From assembly GCF_009834535.1 (NCBI RefSeq), contig NC_045697.1, positions 7,504,001-7,568,000 of the forward strand: 64,000 bases of DNA, in the 5' to 3' direction. Of this stretch, positions 13,051 to 25,290 are shown piece by piece. The stretch's first letter is position 1, and every line of letters begins with the position of its first letter. Position numbers and translations under genes: made by a program. The notes under the pieces were generated by a model that worked only from the letters and a program-made list of their open reading frames with translations, did not search any database and was not told where the DNA came from. The stretch comes from Camelus ferus (taxonomy: Eukaryota).

Positions 13051-13200
13051 CCTTGAATCCTCAGCCTATATTGTATTTCCCTGGTAAACATTCTTGTTCT
13101 TGGTCCGTTTCCTTCATATTCTTCATCAGAGTCTGTGAATATATTTTCACATAGTTGCTTGATTAGCATATTCTCCTGCACTCTGTCGTAAGATCTATAT
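12780..13200 (+). mobile_element. L2 fragment containing an A31 run (13016-13046)
   Basis: L2-like motifs: ggggcctctgcacctgctgcctctgttgcttggagtg...ccttccttga. Confidence 0.55.
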
Positions 13201-13759
13201 GAACTTGCCCTGATGGCAGATCATTATTTCATGTGTAATGCTTAGTATGAGATATACATTCTGGTTCACTGAGAAAGTTATACTTTGTGCATATCACCTG
13301 GAATGATTACTAATAGTGCTCTCTATTATTCTTAAAGTTGTCCTGCTGTGGACAATACATCACACAAGTATGGCTCATGGAAAGGATCCTAGTGATACTT
13401 GTCAAATGATCCTCTTTTCCTTTAGCAAGAATTTGTTCACCTAAGCCTCCTTGCTCCTTCACATAAAATCATTCTATTCTAGACATGTCTGGATGTGTCT
13501 GAATTTGCAACAAACATTTTGATTTTACCTGTGCCACATAGCTCCTTGAAAAGAGTTGAGATCAGTGGGTTTTATATTTTTTAAAAATTTCCAAGTCTCC
13601 ATTGCCATCAAGGCTAAAACTTCTTTTAATGTGTATCATGCATCTGAGAATCCTAACAGAATTCATTTATGTCTGAAGTTAGTGGTCATGTATCCAGAGA
13701 AAATTGAGTTATTTAGCATATTGGTTTAGGAGCATAACCTCCAGTACATTATCCCCATG

Positions 13760-14420
13760 GAATTCTGATATAAAGATCTCACTATTGAAAAGAACATATC
13801 TGGTGAAAATTATTTGCAAAAAACTATTTTAAATGTCTGGAAATTGTCTTAGGTCATATAAAGATAAAATAATCAAGAAAATCTACTAAATCTCAGTGAG
13901 AAGAGCAAAAGACAAAGTTGTCATAAAAAAAGAAAATACAGAACAATGTAGTTTATGAATATAAACACAAAGATCTTAAACAAAATACCAACAAACTTAA
14001 TTTAGCAGCATATCACAAAAATTATTCACCATGACCAAGTAAACTTTATCCCAGGAATTCAAAGTTGGTTCAACATCTGAAAATCAATTCAAGTAATACA
14101 TCTTATTTGTATAATAAACACATGATCATCTCTATTGATATAGGAAAAACTTTTGATAAAATCCAGCATGCTATTTAATAAAAACACTTAAGAAACTAGG
14201 AATAGTAGGAAACTTTCTCAGCCTGAGAGAGGACATTAAAAAAAAAAAAAAAAGCACAGATAATATCATGTGACAGGTCAAAAAAGTAGATGATTTCATC
14301 TTAAGATTAGGGACAATTAAGAATGTCCATTCTCACTATTTCTATTCAACATTGTACCTGTGATTCTAGCCAGGACAATTACATTATAATTAAAAATTAA
14401 AAAGTTCAAAATTTGATAAT
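13760..14420 (+). mobile_element. Old L1 fragments including the ORF2 RT region
   Basis: caccatgaccaagtaaactttatcccaggaattcaaagttggttcaacat (HHDQV.FIPGIQSWFN-like) and cactatttctattcaacattgta. Confidence 0.85.
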
Positions 14421-14439
14421 CAGAAATAAAATTGTATGT

Positions 14440-16995
14440 GACAATATCTTAAACTAAATGAAAATATGACATCAAAATTTTGTGGGGTGCAGCATTGTTG
14501 TGTTAGTGATAGTATTGACTAGGAATGACTGAGGGACTTGCATGGGCTTGTACTATTTGTGGTGAGACATTTCCCAGAGTCAGTGTTGTGTCTGGACCAG
14601 CTCTTGTGGTTATTATGACTGCATGGAGGACACCTTTCAGCAAGGAACAATCAGGGAACTTTGTAGAAGACAATTTATTACTCACAGGTTGTGACAGGTA
14701 TACAGTATGCATGAAGGCCACACAGTGAAGTCATGGGCAAAGAAACAGGGAGGACGTACAAACTTGAGGCTCTGCCTTTATTAGTTCCTGAGAGTCCATT
14801 GCCTAGGATTTTTCAAGTTTACTGTTTAATGGAAAATTAAAAGCATAAGAGCAGGAATTAGGGCATGATAAAGGAGAAACATATCCATTCAAGTGATCAG
14901 GTGTCTAGTCTACCCAGGGGTTTCTAAAAGAGAAAAATCAGTGGAGATGGGGGGTCCTCTTTTTTCTTATCTAGTTGTTTTGCTAGTAATTGTATCATAT
15001 AGTTGTCAATATGTTTGTTCAAGATGGATGCCTTTGAAATGAATGCCTCAGCAATCAAAAGCTTGATATCAAGCACTTACATTATTATCAAAAAGCTCAG
15101 TGTCTGGCACTTACACTATAAGGGAAAGCAGTACTTAGCAGGGAATTTACAGCATTGAATGCGTATATTAGAAAAGAGAGATCTAAAATCAATAATATAA
15201 GTTTCCACATGAACAAATGAGAAAATAGCAAATTAAATCCAAAGTATGTTTAAGAAAATAAATAATAACAATTAGAGCAGAAATCAATGAATTTGAAATC
15301 GGGAAATCAATAGAGAAAAATCAATGAAGCTAAAAGCTGGTTCTTTGAAAAGATCAATACAATTGATCAGTAAGCCTCTAGGCAGGCTAACTAGGAAAAC
15401 AATTCTAACATCAGGAGTGAAAGAGTGGACAGCACTATAGATCCCATGGAAATTAAATGGATAATAAAGAAATACTATGAACAGCCCTTTCCCCACAAAT
15501 TTGATAATCTAGATAAAATGGACCACTTCCTTGAAAGATACAATGTGACAAAACCTACACAAGAAGAAATAGACAATGTAAATATGACTAAATCTATTAA
15601 AGAAATGTAATAAATAATTACTGACCTTGCAAAAGAGAAAGCATGAAGTTCAGATAGGTTCACTCATGAATTCTACCAAATAGTTAAGGAAGAAATTGCA
15701 CCAATTCTCTACAATCTCTTTCTGAGGAGAGAAACAGGAAATATGGAAATACTTTTTAACTCAATTCTATGAGGCTAGCATTACCTTAATACTAAAACCA
15801 CACAAAAATATTACAAGAAAAGAAAAACTACAAATTAATATCTCCCATGAAAACAGATGCAAAAATCCTTTAAAAAATATTAGCAAATCAAGCCTTAAAA
15901 AGTATGAAAAGAATAATATACCATGATCAAGTAAAATTTATCCTAATTATATAAGACTGGCTCAACATTTGAAAAATCAATTAAAAATGTAATCCATTAA
16001 ATCAATTGACTAAAAGAGAAAAATTGCATGATTATATCAATAGACACAGAAAAAGTGTCTGACAGAATCCAAACCCATTCATGATAAAAACAGCTCTCAA
16101 TAAACTAGGAATAGAGAGGAATTTTCTCAACTTGAAAAGACCACAAAAAACCTACAGCTAACGTCATATGCAATGGCAAGAAACTTGAAGCATTCACTAG
16201 GTTAGGTATCAGGCAAGGATACCTCCTCTTACCAAATCTTTTCAACATCATACTGGAAGTTCTTGCTAATGTAATAAGGCAAGAAAAGAAAATAGAAAGT
16301 ACACAGATTTGGGGAGAAGACTTACAACTATGTTTGTTTGCGCATGACATGATCAGCTAAGTAGAAAATCTGAAAGAACCAACGAAAGAAATTCCTGGAA
16401 CCAACAAGATTGCTGTATATAAGGTTAATATATGAAAGTCAATTACTTTCCTATATACCAATAATAAACAAATGAAATTCAAAATTATAAACACAATACC
16501 ACTTATATTAGCACCCAAGAAAGAAAACCTATCATTTAAAGAATGAGACAATATGTGAAAATCATATATCTGATAAAGAACTCATATCTAGAATATAAAG
16601 AATTATTACTGGGCAAAAAATTTAAAAAGTAATCATTGGAAAAACTCTGAATATTTCTTCAAAGAAGATGTACCAATGGCCAATAAGCACATAAAAAGAT
16701 GCTCAAAATCAGTAACCATTAGGGAAAAATGAACCAAATCCACAGTGTCATACCACTGTACACCCAACCAGGATGACAATAATAAAAATAAAAATTGAGA
16801 CAGCAACAAGTGTTAGGGATGAAGTGGAGAAGATAAATATCCTGCTTGAGTTTGAGGTCTATTTTTGGGATGATGTAAATGTTCTAAAATTGTTATAATA
16901 ATTACACAAGTCTGTGAAGGTACTAAACACCTATGAATGGTACACTTTAATTAGGTAAATTGAATGACATGCTAATTTTATCTCAATAAAGCCAT
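14440..16995 (+). mobile_element. Old L1 (L1MB/MC-like) ORF2 relic to the 3' end, interrupted by an LTR and internally deleted
   Basis: ORF 15425-15610 IDPMEIKWIIKKYYEQPFPHKFDNLDKMDHFLERYN is L1 ORF2-like. The 3' end is tacactttaa...ttatctcaataaagc. It carries many stops and frameshifts. Confidence 0.9.
14495..15120 (-). mobile_element. ERV-type solo LTR inserted into L1 ORF2 (family and strand uncertain)
   Basis: About 625 bp of non-L1 sequence splits the L1 motif ttgtggggtgcagc | aaagcagtacttag. It has an LTR-like internal direct repeat (gcacttaca x2). Confidence 0.6.
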
Positions 16996-17049
16996 TTTAT
17001 ACAAACACATACCTATACAGATGTATTTATAATTATTGTTGTTTTTTAA

Positions 17050-17530
17050 GTGCATAGATTCCAGAGAAGATGGTCTGAATTTGAATTCTAAGTCTTTTGA
17101 TTCCTAGCTGTATAATCTTCAGCTTTGGCACAGCTCTTATCTCTTTTTTGGCACATTTCTTTTATCTTGTATGTAAAATGTTACATGAAGAATTTATTGT
17201 GAATATTAAGAAGATTGCATTGCTTGTTGAGGGTCACATAGACAGTAATTTGTACTAAAGCATTTAGAACAAGGATCAGCAGACATTTTCTACATAGAGA
17301 CAGAAAGTAAATATTATGGACAAAATATGGTCTTTGTCATGACTAAATTCAGTTATTGTATACCAAAAACAGCCATAGGAAATATGTAAACCAATGGGCA
17401 GTGGTGTAAACCAATAAAGCTTTATTTACAGAAATAGACCTTGGGCTGGATTTAGCCCAACGGCAGTAGTTTGCCTCTGATTTAAGACCTAGTCTAGCAT
17501 TTGGTCAACACTTTACATATGTCAGCAGCT
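17050..17530 (+). mobile_element. MIR interrupted by MER58A
   Basis: The MIR motif gtactaaagcatttagaac resumes after the insertion as agtctagcatttggtcaacac. Confidence 0.6.
17270..17479 (-). mobile_element. MER58A hAT-Charlie MITE
   Basis: ccaataaagctttatttacagaaatag...gggctggatttagccc...gtagtttgcc. Confidence 0.8.
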
Positions 17531-17543
17531 ATTTGCTATGTGC

Positions 17544-17613
17544 TAGGAAATCCAGTCCTAATCCCTACTGTCATGGGGTAGGAAATCCAGTCCTAATCCC
17601 TACTGTCATGGGG
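17544..17613. repeat. Perfect 35-bp tandem duplication
   Basis: taggaaatccagtcctaatccctactgtcatgggg occurs twice. Confidence 0.95.
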
Positions 17614-18939
17614 GCCTGGACCTTCCCCCGACAGTCAAATTATAAAGATTCTCTTCATGATTTTGAAAAAATGTTGAGCAGCAATACAAGCCCAGATAGA
17701 CCCTCAACTATGAAACTAGATACGTGAAAGGGAGACTTGGTCACAGGAATGAGGCCTAAATCAAACAGCTGGAGTGGATGCCAAAGGCCAGAACAGGAAA
17801 ATGCACTGCTTTGGCACCAGATCTTGGTTGTGACCAAACTACTGCTCCTTAAATACTGTCTGATCCGTGGTTTGGATCTCAGAGTTGGAAACAAAGCTCA
17901 AATGATGGGCTCTGTGGAGAAGCAACACAGTGGGTCCTGCTCTCCGTGAGGAAACTCAGAAACTGATATGTATCAATGGGCAATATATTTCTAGCTACTG
18001 TTTTTCTTTTCTTTTGGAACAAAAGCTCAAAACTTTTAATGCAGCATTCTAACATCTCTAGAATATTGCCTCTAACCACATTAATTTTTTAATCTAAGCA
18101 CTTTTTCCTTATAAAGTCAAAATTGCATAACCCACATATCACCCATGTGCCTATGAAACTTCCCACTGCTCCCTAGTCTTAAACTATAACACAGAGTATT
18201 TTTTGAAATCCTGACCTGAAGTTTTTGTTTGTGTATCATCCGCTCAGAAGCATGTGGGGAATTTCAGGCTATGAAACAGCAGGGAGGTACCTCAAGTTCC
18301 AGTTTCCAGATACCTGTCATCGCTGTTCTGCTATCATCACTCGCTTCCAGTCTTGGCCTTGGGATACCTGCGGGCATATTTTCTTAGTGACAGCTGCTCT
18401 TGTAGTATTGAGCACATACTTTACACATGATGGGCTTTATACATACATATGTACTTGTCAAAAGAATTAACGACTGTGACCTGGACTGGGTGATAGGGGA
18501 TCCGGTTCTAATTTTAATGTCCCAGCAAGCACACGTTAGGTATTCAGCAAAGCAAAAATAAACATAAATTTCCTTAATGTCGATTTTTTAATTTGTAAAA
18601 TAAAATTCCTATCATGGAATCCATCCAAGTTTTGTTTTGGTTCAACATTCAATGATTTGAATGTAAAATACCATTTTATTCATACATATACATGTTTAAG
18701 GTTGACTACAAGCCTTGCATTGTCATAAATTTCTGAAAGAGTGGACTGTTAGAAAAAAAAATTTTTTTAAATGCAAACCAAGGAGGTGATAAAAGTTGGC
18801 AAAGATCAAAAGTCCATCATCAGGATGGTAGGATTTTAGTTCCAGTGGAATAATTGTGTCCCTCAGGATTATTCAGAAGTTTGGTGCTGTAACTTGGTTC
18901 CATGCTACCAAGAGTACAGACTATCTAACTCACATCAGA

Positions 18940-19297
18940 TGTTATAGGCTGACTGTTCCTGACCCTGCAAAATTCATACATTGAAACTAATCCACAATGT
19001 GATATTATTTGGAGGTGGAACTTTTGAGAGATATTTAGGATTAGATTAGGTCATGAGGATGGGACCCTTCTAATGGGATTACCACCCTTATAAGAACCTG
19101 AAAAGAAGGTGACATCCCCCTATGCACATGCACGGAGGAGAGGCCACATGAGCTCACAGGAAAAGGGCCTTTGCCTGAAACTTTCTGGTACCCTGATCCC
19201 AGATTTCCAGCCCCCAGAAGTGAGAGAAGTGAATGTCTGTTGTTTAAGGCACTCGGTTGATGGTCCTTTGTTGTAGCAGCCTGACTTAACTAAGGCA
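18940..19297 (+). mobile_element. MaLR solo LTR (MLT1A-like)
   Basis: TG...CA ends; aaattcatacattgaaa...ttccagcccccagaagtgag...tgtagcagcctgacttaactaaggca. Confidence 0.85.
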
Positions 19298-19496
19298 GAT
19301 GCATTTTGAGAAGGAAAATAAGGCTGAAAATATATCATTCGGAGTGGTATATGGTTAATTTGTCAAATACATTAAACCTGGGTCTATCAGCAAAGAACAC
19401 GGAACTTGGATCATAGCTGTATATGGAATTTTGACTCTATTATAGGAAAGTAATTAGGAATTAATCACATGTGTGCTCTTATGGAGAGAAGGCATG

Positions 19497-19814
19497 TGTA
19501 TTAGTCAGCTTGTGCCGCCTAATATAACAAAGTAAATCAGAGTGGGCCATTTAAACAAGAGAACTTTATTTCCTCACAGTTCTGGGAGACTGGGCCCGTA
19601 GACAGCCAGCTTCTCGCTGTGTCTTCACGTGGCTGAGAGCTCTGGTGCCTCTTCCTCTTCTTATAAGGCACCAGCCCTGCAGGATTAGGGCCCAGAATTT
19701 AGAACCTAAATTAACCTTTATCACTTCCTCACAATCCCTGTCTTCAAATACACTCACCTTGGAGGTTAAGCCTTCAACACATAAATGCTGGGGAGCACAA
19801 CTCAGTCCATTAAC
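19497..19814 (-). mobile_element. MaLR solo LTR (MLT1A0-like)
   Basis: tgtattagtcagc...tttatttcctcacagttctgggag...ctcagtccattaaca. Confidence 0.85.
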
Positions 19815-20869
19815 ACTTCAGTACTCACTGTTTCATGATTATAAGGGAATTATTCTTTTTAAAGATGCACAAACTTTTTGGAAAGCTGACTTCTCTCTAA
19901 AAAAGTCCAGCACTGCTCCCTGTAGCCTGCGCTTTCCTTTGTCTTGTGTGTCAGTCCCCTTGCTTCACAATGTATGGGAGAAGACGTGCCGTGCTCCATT
20001 CCAACAACACATCCGTAGTACTCATTTTTCTAGTGTGGGCTGGAGATGCTGGTGTAGGCAGGGCCACCTGGTTCCCATAGAGCATCTTTATGCAAATGAG
20101 TAAAACTAAAACAAAATCAAACACTCTTTTCCCCTAAGGAAGCAGCTCCATGGTGGGCCCATGGCTTGGCAAGTAGGCTGTAGGCTGAATTTTATCCCCC
20201 ATTCACACTTGTCTAGGTAGGCATACAGTTGGCAAAACTTGTGCCAAGTATATACACCATCACTGGATACAGGTATTTCATCCCCGCTTCATCTGAGCTT
20301 GTCTATGAAACCTTCTTCGACTTCGAAAGGTGTAAGGGGGTGAGAACCATGCCATCTTAGTTGTATTTTTATCCTCTCCTTCTGTGGTCCCTGTTATGCT
20401 TGGTAACTACTGTTCAACTGCATGTTTACTCATCGCCTTTTTTCTGCTCTCAGAGGCCATTACATCTCCTCCCCTTCTCCAAACAGTCACATAAACATTC
20501 CCATAAATTAACATCCACAAACACACTCACACACACCCACACACACTCACAACTCACTTCTACACACACACAAGCTCACATCCAGTTTTGTCCTGTATTA
20601 CCAGTCCTCTCTGCCGCCTTCAACGTCAAATAATAGCTCTAACTCAGAGGGTGGAAGTTTATCGCTTTCCTAGGCTGAATTTGGTGGTTTTGTTCTTCGT
20701 TTACCTAACTTCAATTCCCAGACACAAACCCCTGAGCAAACGCTCACTCTAGAACGTAGCGCTCTAAAGCTATTCGCCCCTGATGGATCCACCACCTCAG
20801 CGACGCTGTCTGCTCTCATCCCATCCCATTCTAACCAAAAGGAGGTGGTTTCCACTGAATGATTACTAG

Positions 20870-21050
20870 GCGCCATCAGTGTTTACATTTATTATCTCAC
20901 TTGATCCTTAAATGATCCAGCAAGACTGCATTATCATCCCAAGTTTACAAATCAGGGTCTCAGGCTCAAGAAGCTTGCTCTGTTTGCTGAGGATCACATA
21001 GCTGGGAATTTGTAAATACAGGGACTCAGCAAATTGATTTATTTTTCTTC
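20870..21050 (-). mobile_element. MIR
   Basis: attatctcacttgatcct...attatcatcccaagtttacaaat...aggatcacatagct. Confidence 0.65.
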
Positions 21051-21609
21051 CAAAGCTCCTGCCCATTTTCCAACATTAATCTCACATCCAAGAAGCTCTT
21101 ACCGAACTAGACATGGTCAAGGGAAACGTACAGTCTAGCTTATGAATATAGCTGTTTTTATTCTGTAGCGTGACAAAACAGACAGGAGTTAAGTGAGCCA
21201 TACAGTCATTGTAATTAAATCACGCCTACACCCACTACATTCCTGATCCAGCCTTAAAAATAGATAATAATAATGTACTGACTGCATATCAGATCTACCG
21301 TAATCATAGTAAACTCCAATCTTTACCAACTTTCTCTTTCTTTGTTTTGCACTCTCTTTATCCTCCTGTCCAATTTCTTTCCTGACTATTGTAAAGCTAT
21401 ATGCTTTATACTGGTTCTCTCTTAGCAAGTCTTTATCTACAAAGTCATGAATACAACACCAAGGTAAAGATGAAAGTAAATTTTGTTCTATTCACATATG
21501 TCAGAAATTGGTATAAACATAGAGCTAGATAAAGAATGAGGAATAACAAATGTTTCTGAAAAGAACTTTGCAAGAAGCAACAGCTTGAACATTTTGGATT
21601 AAAGCTGGT

Positions 21610-21965
21610 TATTGTGGACTGAATGTGTGTGTCCTTCCCCTAAATGTGTATGTTGAAATCTTAGCCCCCAAGGTGATGGCATTAGGAGATCCTTTGGGAG
21701 ATGATTAGGGCACAAGAGTGGAGTCCCAATAAATGAGATTAGTGTCCTTAAAAACAGAGACCCAAGAGAACTTTCTTGCTCCTTTCACGATGTGAGGACA
21801 CAGTAAGAAGGCTGCCGTCTATCAAACAGAAAGTGGGCTCTCACTAGACAGAATAGGCCAACGCCTTGAACTTGGACCTCCCAGTCCCCAGAACTGTGAG
21901 TAATCAATGTTTATTGTTAAAGACCCCCCAGCTCACGTTATTCTTGTCACAGCACCCAAATGAGC
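21610..21965 (+). mobile_element. MaLR solo LTR (MLT1A0-like)
   Basis: tgtggactgaatgtgtgtgtcc...tatgttgaaatc...ttggacctcccagtccccagaactgtgag. Confidence 0.85.
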
Positions 21966-22699
21966 CACGTGGATCATGTACGGAAAGCTGAAAGGAACAA
22001 AAACAGTGTGTGTGACAAATAAGAACCATTTTTTACTGAATGTTGAATCTAATGTGTTTTAACACTCATGGTAACTGAGAACTTTTTGAAACAACGCTCC
22101 TTAGAAAGGTCAGACAGTTTTGGAACTATTTTGTTAATTGGGTGTTAACCTGGTTCTGAAAAAAATGCCTCTTCTTAATTCTATCTTTGGAAAGCACAGA
22201 GAATAACTTTGAAACCCCTTTCACATAGTAATCTGTATATAATAACAACAAAACATCCAAGGGCATGACCGTCTACTTTCAGAGCTGGGTGTTAGAACAT
22301 CACCTCCATTCATGAATCCTCCATCAGTGGAGGAAAAAAGACCACTAGCTGTTTCTTTTTCTTTCCCTTCATTTTAGTTGGATTCATTTCTTGATGTGAT
22401 TCTCCCTAAGCCTTATACTGAAATCGCCCTGAATGACAGAATCACCGCCCTCCACGCCATCTCTGTCCTCTTCCACTTTTGTGCCATAAATATTGCAGTG
22501 TCCTCAGCCCTAGTGCCCTCCTCAGCATTCCTGGACATCAAAAGTTTATTCGTTTTTAAAAGCTCACTTAAAATATCATGCCATAAGCAATAAAACATAA
22601 AAGCATGGACTGTGCAGTCAGACAGTTTGCTACTTACTAGCCCTGAAATGAAGAGCAAATTATGTATCTTCTCTAAGAGTCTAACCCTTGGCTTAGGTT

Positions 22700-23695
22700 T
22701 ATGTTTTCTAATTTTCTCTGCAAAAACTCTTCCTTTAGGTGATCTCACGCTGGCCCATAGCTTTAAATTGCATAAACAAGCTGAAAACCCAAATTTGTAT
22801 CGGCAAGACGAACATCTTGAGCTTCAAACATATGCCCAACTGTCTGCTGGACATCTTCAGTTTTATATTTCAAACAACATGCACAAATAGAACAGTTAAT
22901 ATCTCCTGCACCATATTTTTTAAAAGAAAAACAAACACCAAATTGCTATGTTCACAGTTTTCCTTATCAGTAAATGAAACCTTTATGAATCTAATTGCTC
23001 AAGCAGAAATTCCACAATTTATCCTTTTTTCTCATCCTCTCATATGCAATCTAACATCAGTCCTGTTTTTGGAAACTGCTAAGTCTCATATCCATCTCTG
23101 ATACCCCTATCCTGGTACAAATTCACGTCATCTTCTTTCTGGGCGACCTTAATAGCATCTTAACTGGTTTCTCTTGCCCTCTGTTGTCCATTTTTCCAGA
23201 GAATAATAGCCAAATCTGTTTTTTAAATAATTCAATAATGACTCTTCTTCAAAACTTTCAGTGCCTCCCCATTATTCTTGGAATGAAATAGAAGTTCTTT
23301 GCCGTCTTATACAAAGTTGTATAGAACCTGGCCAATGCACCACTGTCTGAACTCAACCCCGCCATGTTCCCCTTGGTCCCTGGCTTCGGTCAATTTTGTC
23401 TGCTTTGTGTCTTCTCTCCCTTTTCTAGGTCTTTACTCTTGCTTCACCCTCTAGGATGCAGAATCTTCTCGTGGCTGGCTTATATTCAACACTCAGTGCT
23501 TAACACAATTAACACATTTCTGACTACCTATTTTTAAATTTTTCTTATGATCTGTTTGCACCACTAGAATAAATAGTGGAGTGAGAATAGAGGTCTTGCA
23601 TGCTCCATTCACAGATATATCCCAAGTGCCAAACAGGAGGTCCTAATATCCAGCATCCCAGATCCCAAATAAGTGTTTGTACTTGAGTGAATGTG
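22700..23695 (+). mobile_element. L2 3' portion
   Basis: cccatagctttaaattgcat...ccaactgtctgctggacatct...3' tail-like tgtttgtacttgagtgaatg. Confidence 0.75.
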
Positions 23696-24929
23696 TGAGT
23701 TTCAATTTTGTCCCTGCCAATAAGGATAAAGACAGTTTCTTCCTCAAGATGCACTGTAAGTTAAGTGAGATGAATGTTGCATATTAAACTACTTTAGGCT
23801 TTATGTTATCTCCTTTTCACTCCTAAGTGTTTGACAGTCTCTTGAACAATGTGTGCTCATTGTAATACGGACAATTTTTTTAAAAAAAATTAGAAATGAA
23901 CCACGCTTTGTTTCTAAAATTACACCATGTGTCTGAACATAAAATTTTTAAAGTCCAAGGCTCTGCAGAATTTTTTTTATCATAGTTAAGAGACTTCTAA
24001 TTTTAGCCATATTTCCAAATGGCATCATTTCTATTGGCTTTAATTTTCAAAACCCGAAGATTGCAATAAGCAGAGAGGGAACTCAATTAAGCATAACCCC
24101 TAGTGCAAATATTTAATTCCATTCTCATCACTCTGTCATTAATAGGGCAATCACCCAGAAATTGGGGGATTGATCATTAGCACACGGAGTAATAATTGTG
24201 AAATGATGAAGAAAAGATAGTGCAAAAAATATCAGAGTTTTTGAATCAGTGTTCACATACGCTAGTTACAGCTCATTTTTAAAAATATCTTCTCTCTGCT
24301 AGGATCAACAATTCTTAGAAACAGACTAGACAAGTGGCACACTGTTTTCTTATATGTAAAAAAAAAATGGATTATAAAATTAAGGGCCCTGGAAAAGTGA
24401 ATAAAGTTAAAAAGCAGTAGGGAATTAAGTGCATGGCATTAATTGCTCATTCTTTATAATTATTCATAGAATTAAAATAATTAAGTAATGATAGTAATCT
24501 TTAGCTTCCATTTAACATTCTTGTCCATTTTTCCAGTATAAACTAAGTATATCAAAAGGCTAATCTGATTTGATGCAGTGAGGTAGATAAAACTCTTATA
24601 ACTTTTAAACAGAAAGGACACAAGATCCACCTAAAGAGAGAAAAATAAACATCTATGATGTGTGGGTTGCTCTGTATCGTATTTTTCCTACTTAATCTTC
24701 TTAATAAAAATATGGGTAAGTCAGATTTAGCCCCACTCCATGTATGTGAGACTTGAAGGTTTGAAATGATTCATTGATAGTCACACACGCTGTTAAGAGG
24801 CAAGGCTGGGGTCTGTTTACGTGGAATGTGGGCAGTACTGTGTAGAAAACCATGTGGAAAGGGTGGATTAGGCATTTTCTAAACACAATCTTAAAATCCT
24901 CCCCTGCATCATGTAGACTCCTACACTGC

Positions 24930-25290
24930 AAGAAAGAGGTTATTAGTGTTATTATTTCACAGACAAGGAAGATGAAGGCTCAGAGAGGCCAAGCTGTTTG
25001 TCTGGCATCACACAGCTAACAAAGCAGAAAGGTCGTCATGAGATTGAGAACTCACTATGGGCTCCAAACCTCATGTTCTTGGTAGCTCAGGCTGTGGGGT
25101 TTACAGTAAAAGCAAAAGCTGCAAATGAGATGGTCTGAGTTCAGCTCCTTCCGTGTGACTTGCCAGCTGTGTGATTTCACACCGCTCCCTTAATCTCTCT
25201 GAGCTTTTTTCCTTACCTGCAAAAATGGAGAAAATAAACACTCTTCTTCCCCAGGGTCGTTGAGAGGATGGAATGGGACAGTGTGTGCGC
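24930..25290. mobile_element. Two MIR fragments in opposite orientations
   Basis: ttcacagacaaggaagatgaaggctcagagagg (minus) and agctgtgtgatttc...ctctgagctttttt ccttacctgcaaaaatgg (plus). Confidence 0.7.

Noticed and set aside
15425..15610. Functional L1 ORF2
   Set aside because: It is a short open piece within a relic riddled with stops and frameshifts.
11349..17613. 35-bp direct repeats as a CRISPR-like array
   Set aside because: Each is a two-copy tandem with no spacers, the two units are unrelated, and the context is mammalian.
20090..20097. Octamer ATGCAAAT as an snRNA or Ig promoter element
   Set aside because: It is an isolated 8-mer with no PSE, TATA or downstream gene, and it is expected by chance.
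19645..20103. Longest ORF in the track (152 aa)
   Set aside because: It starts at a non-ATG codon inside an MLT1 LTR and has no domain or exon signals.
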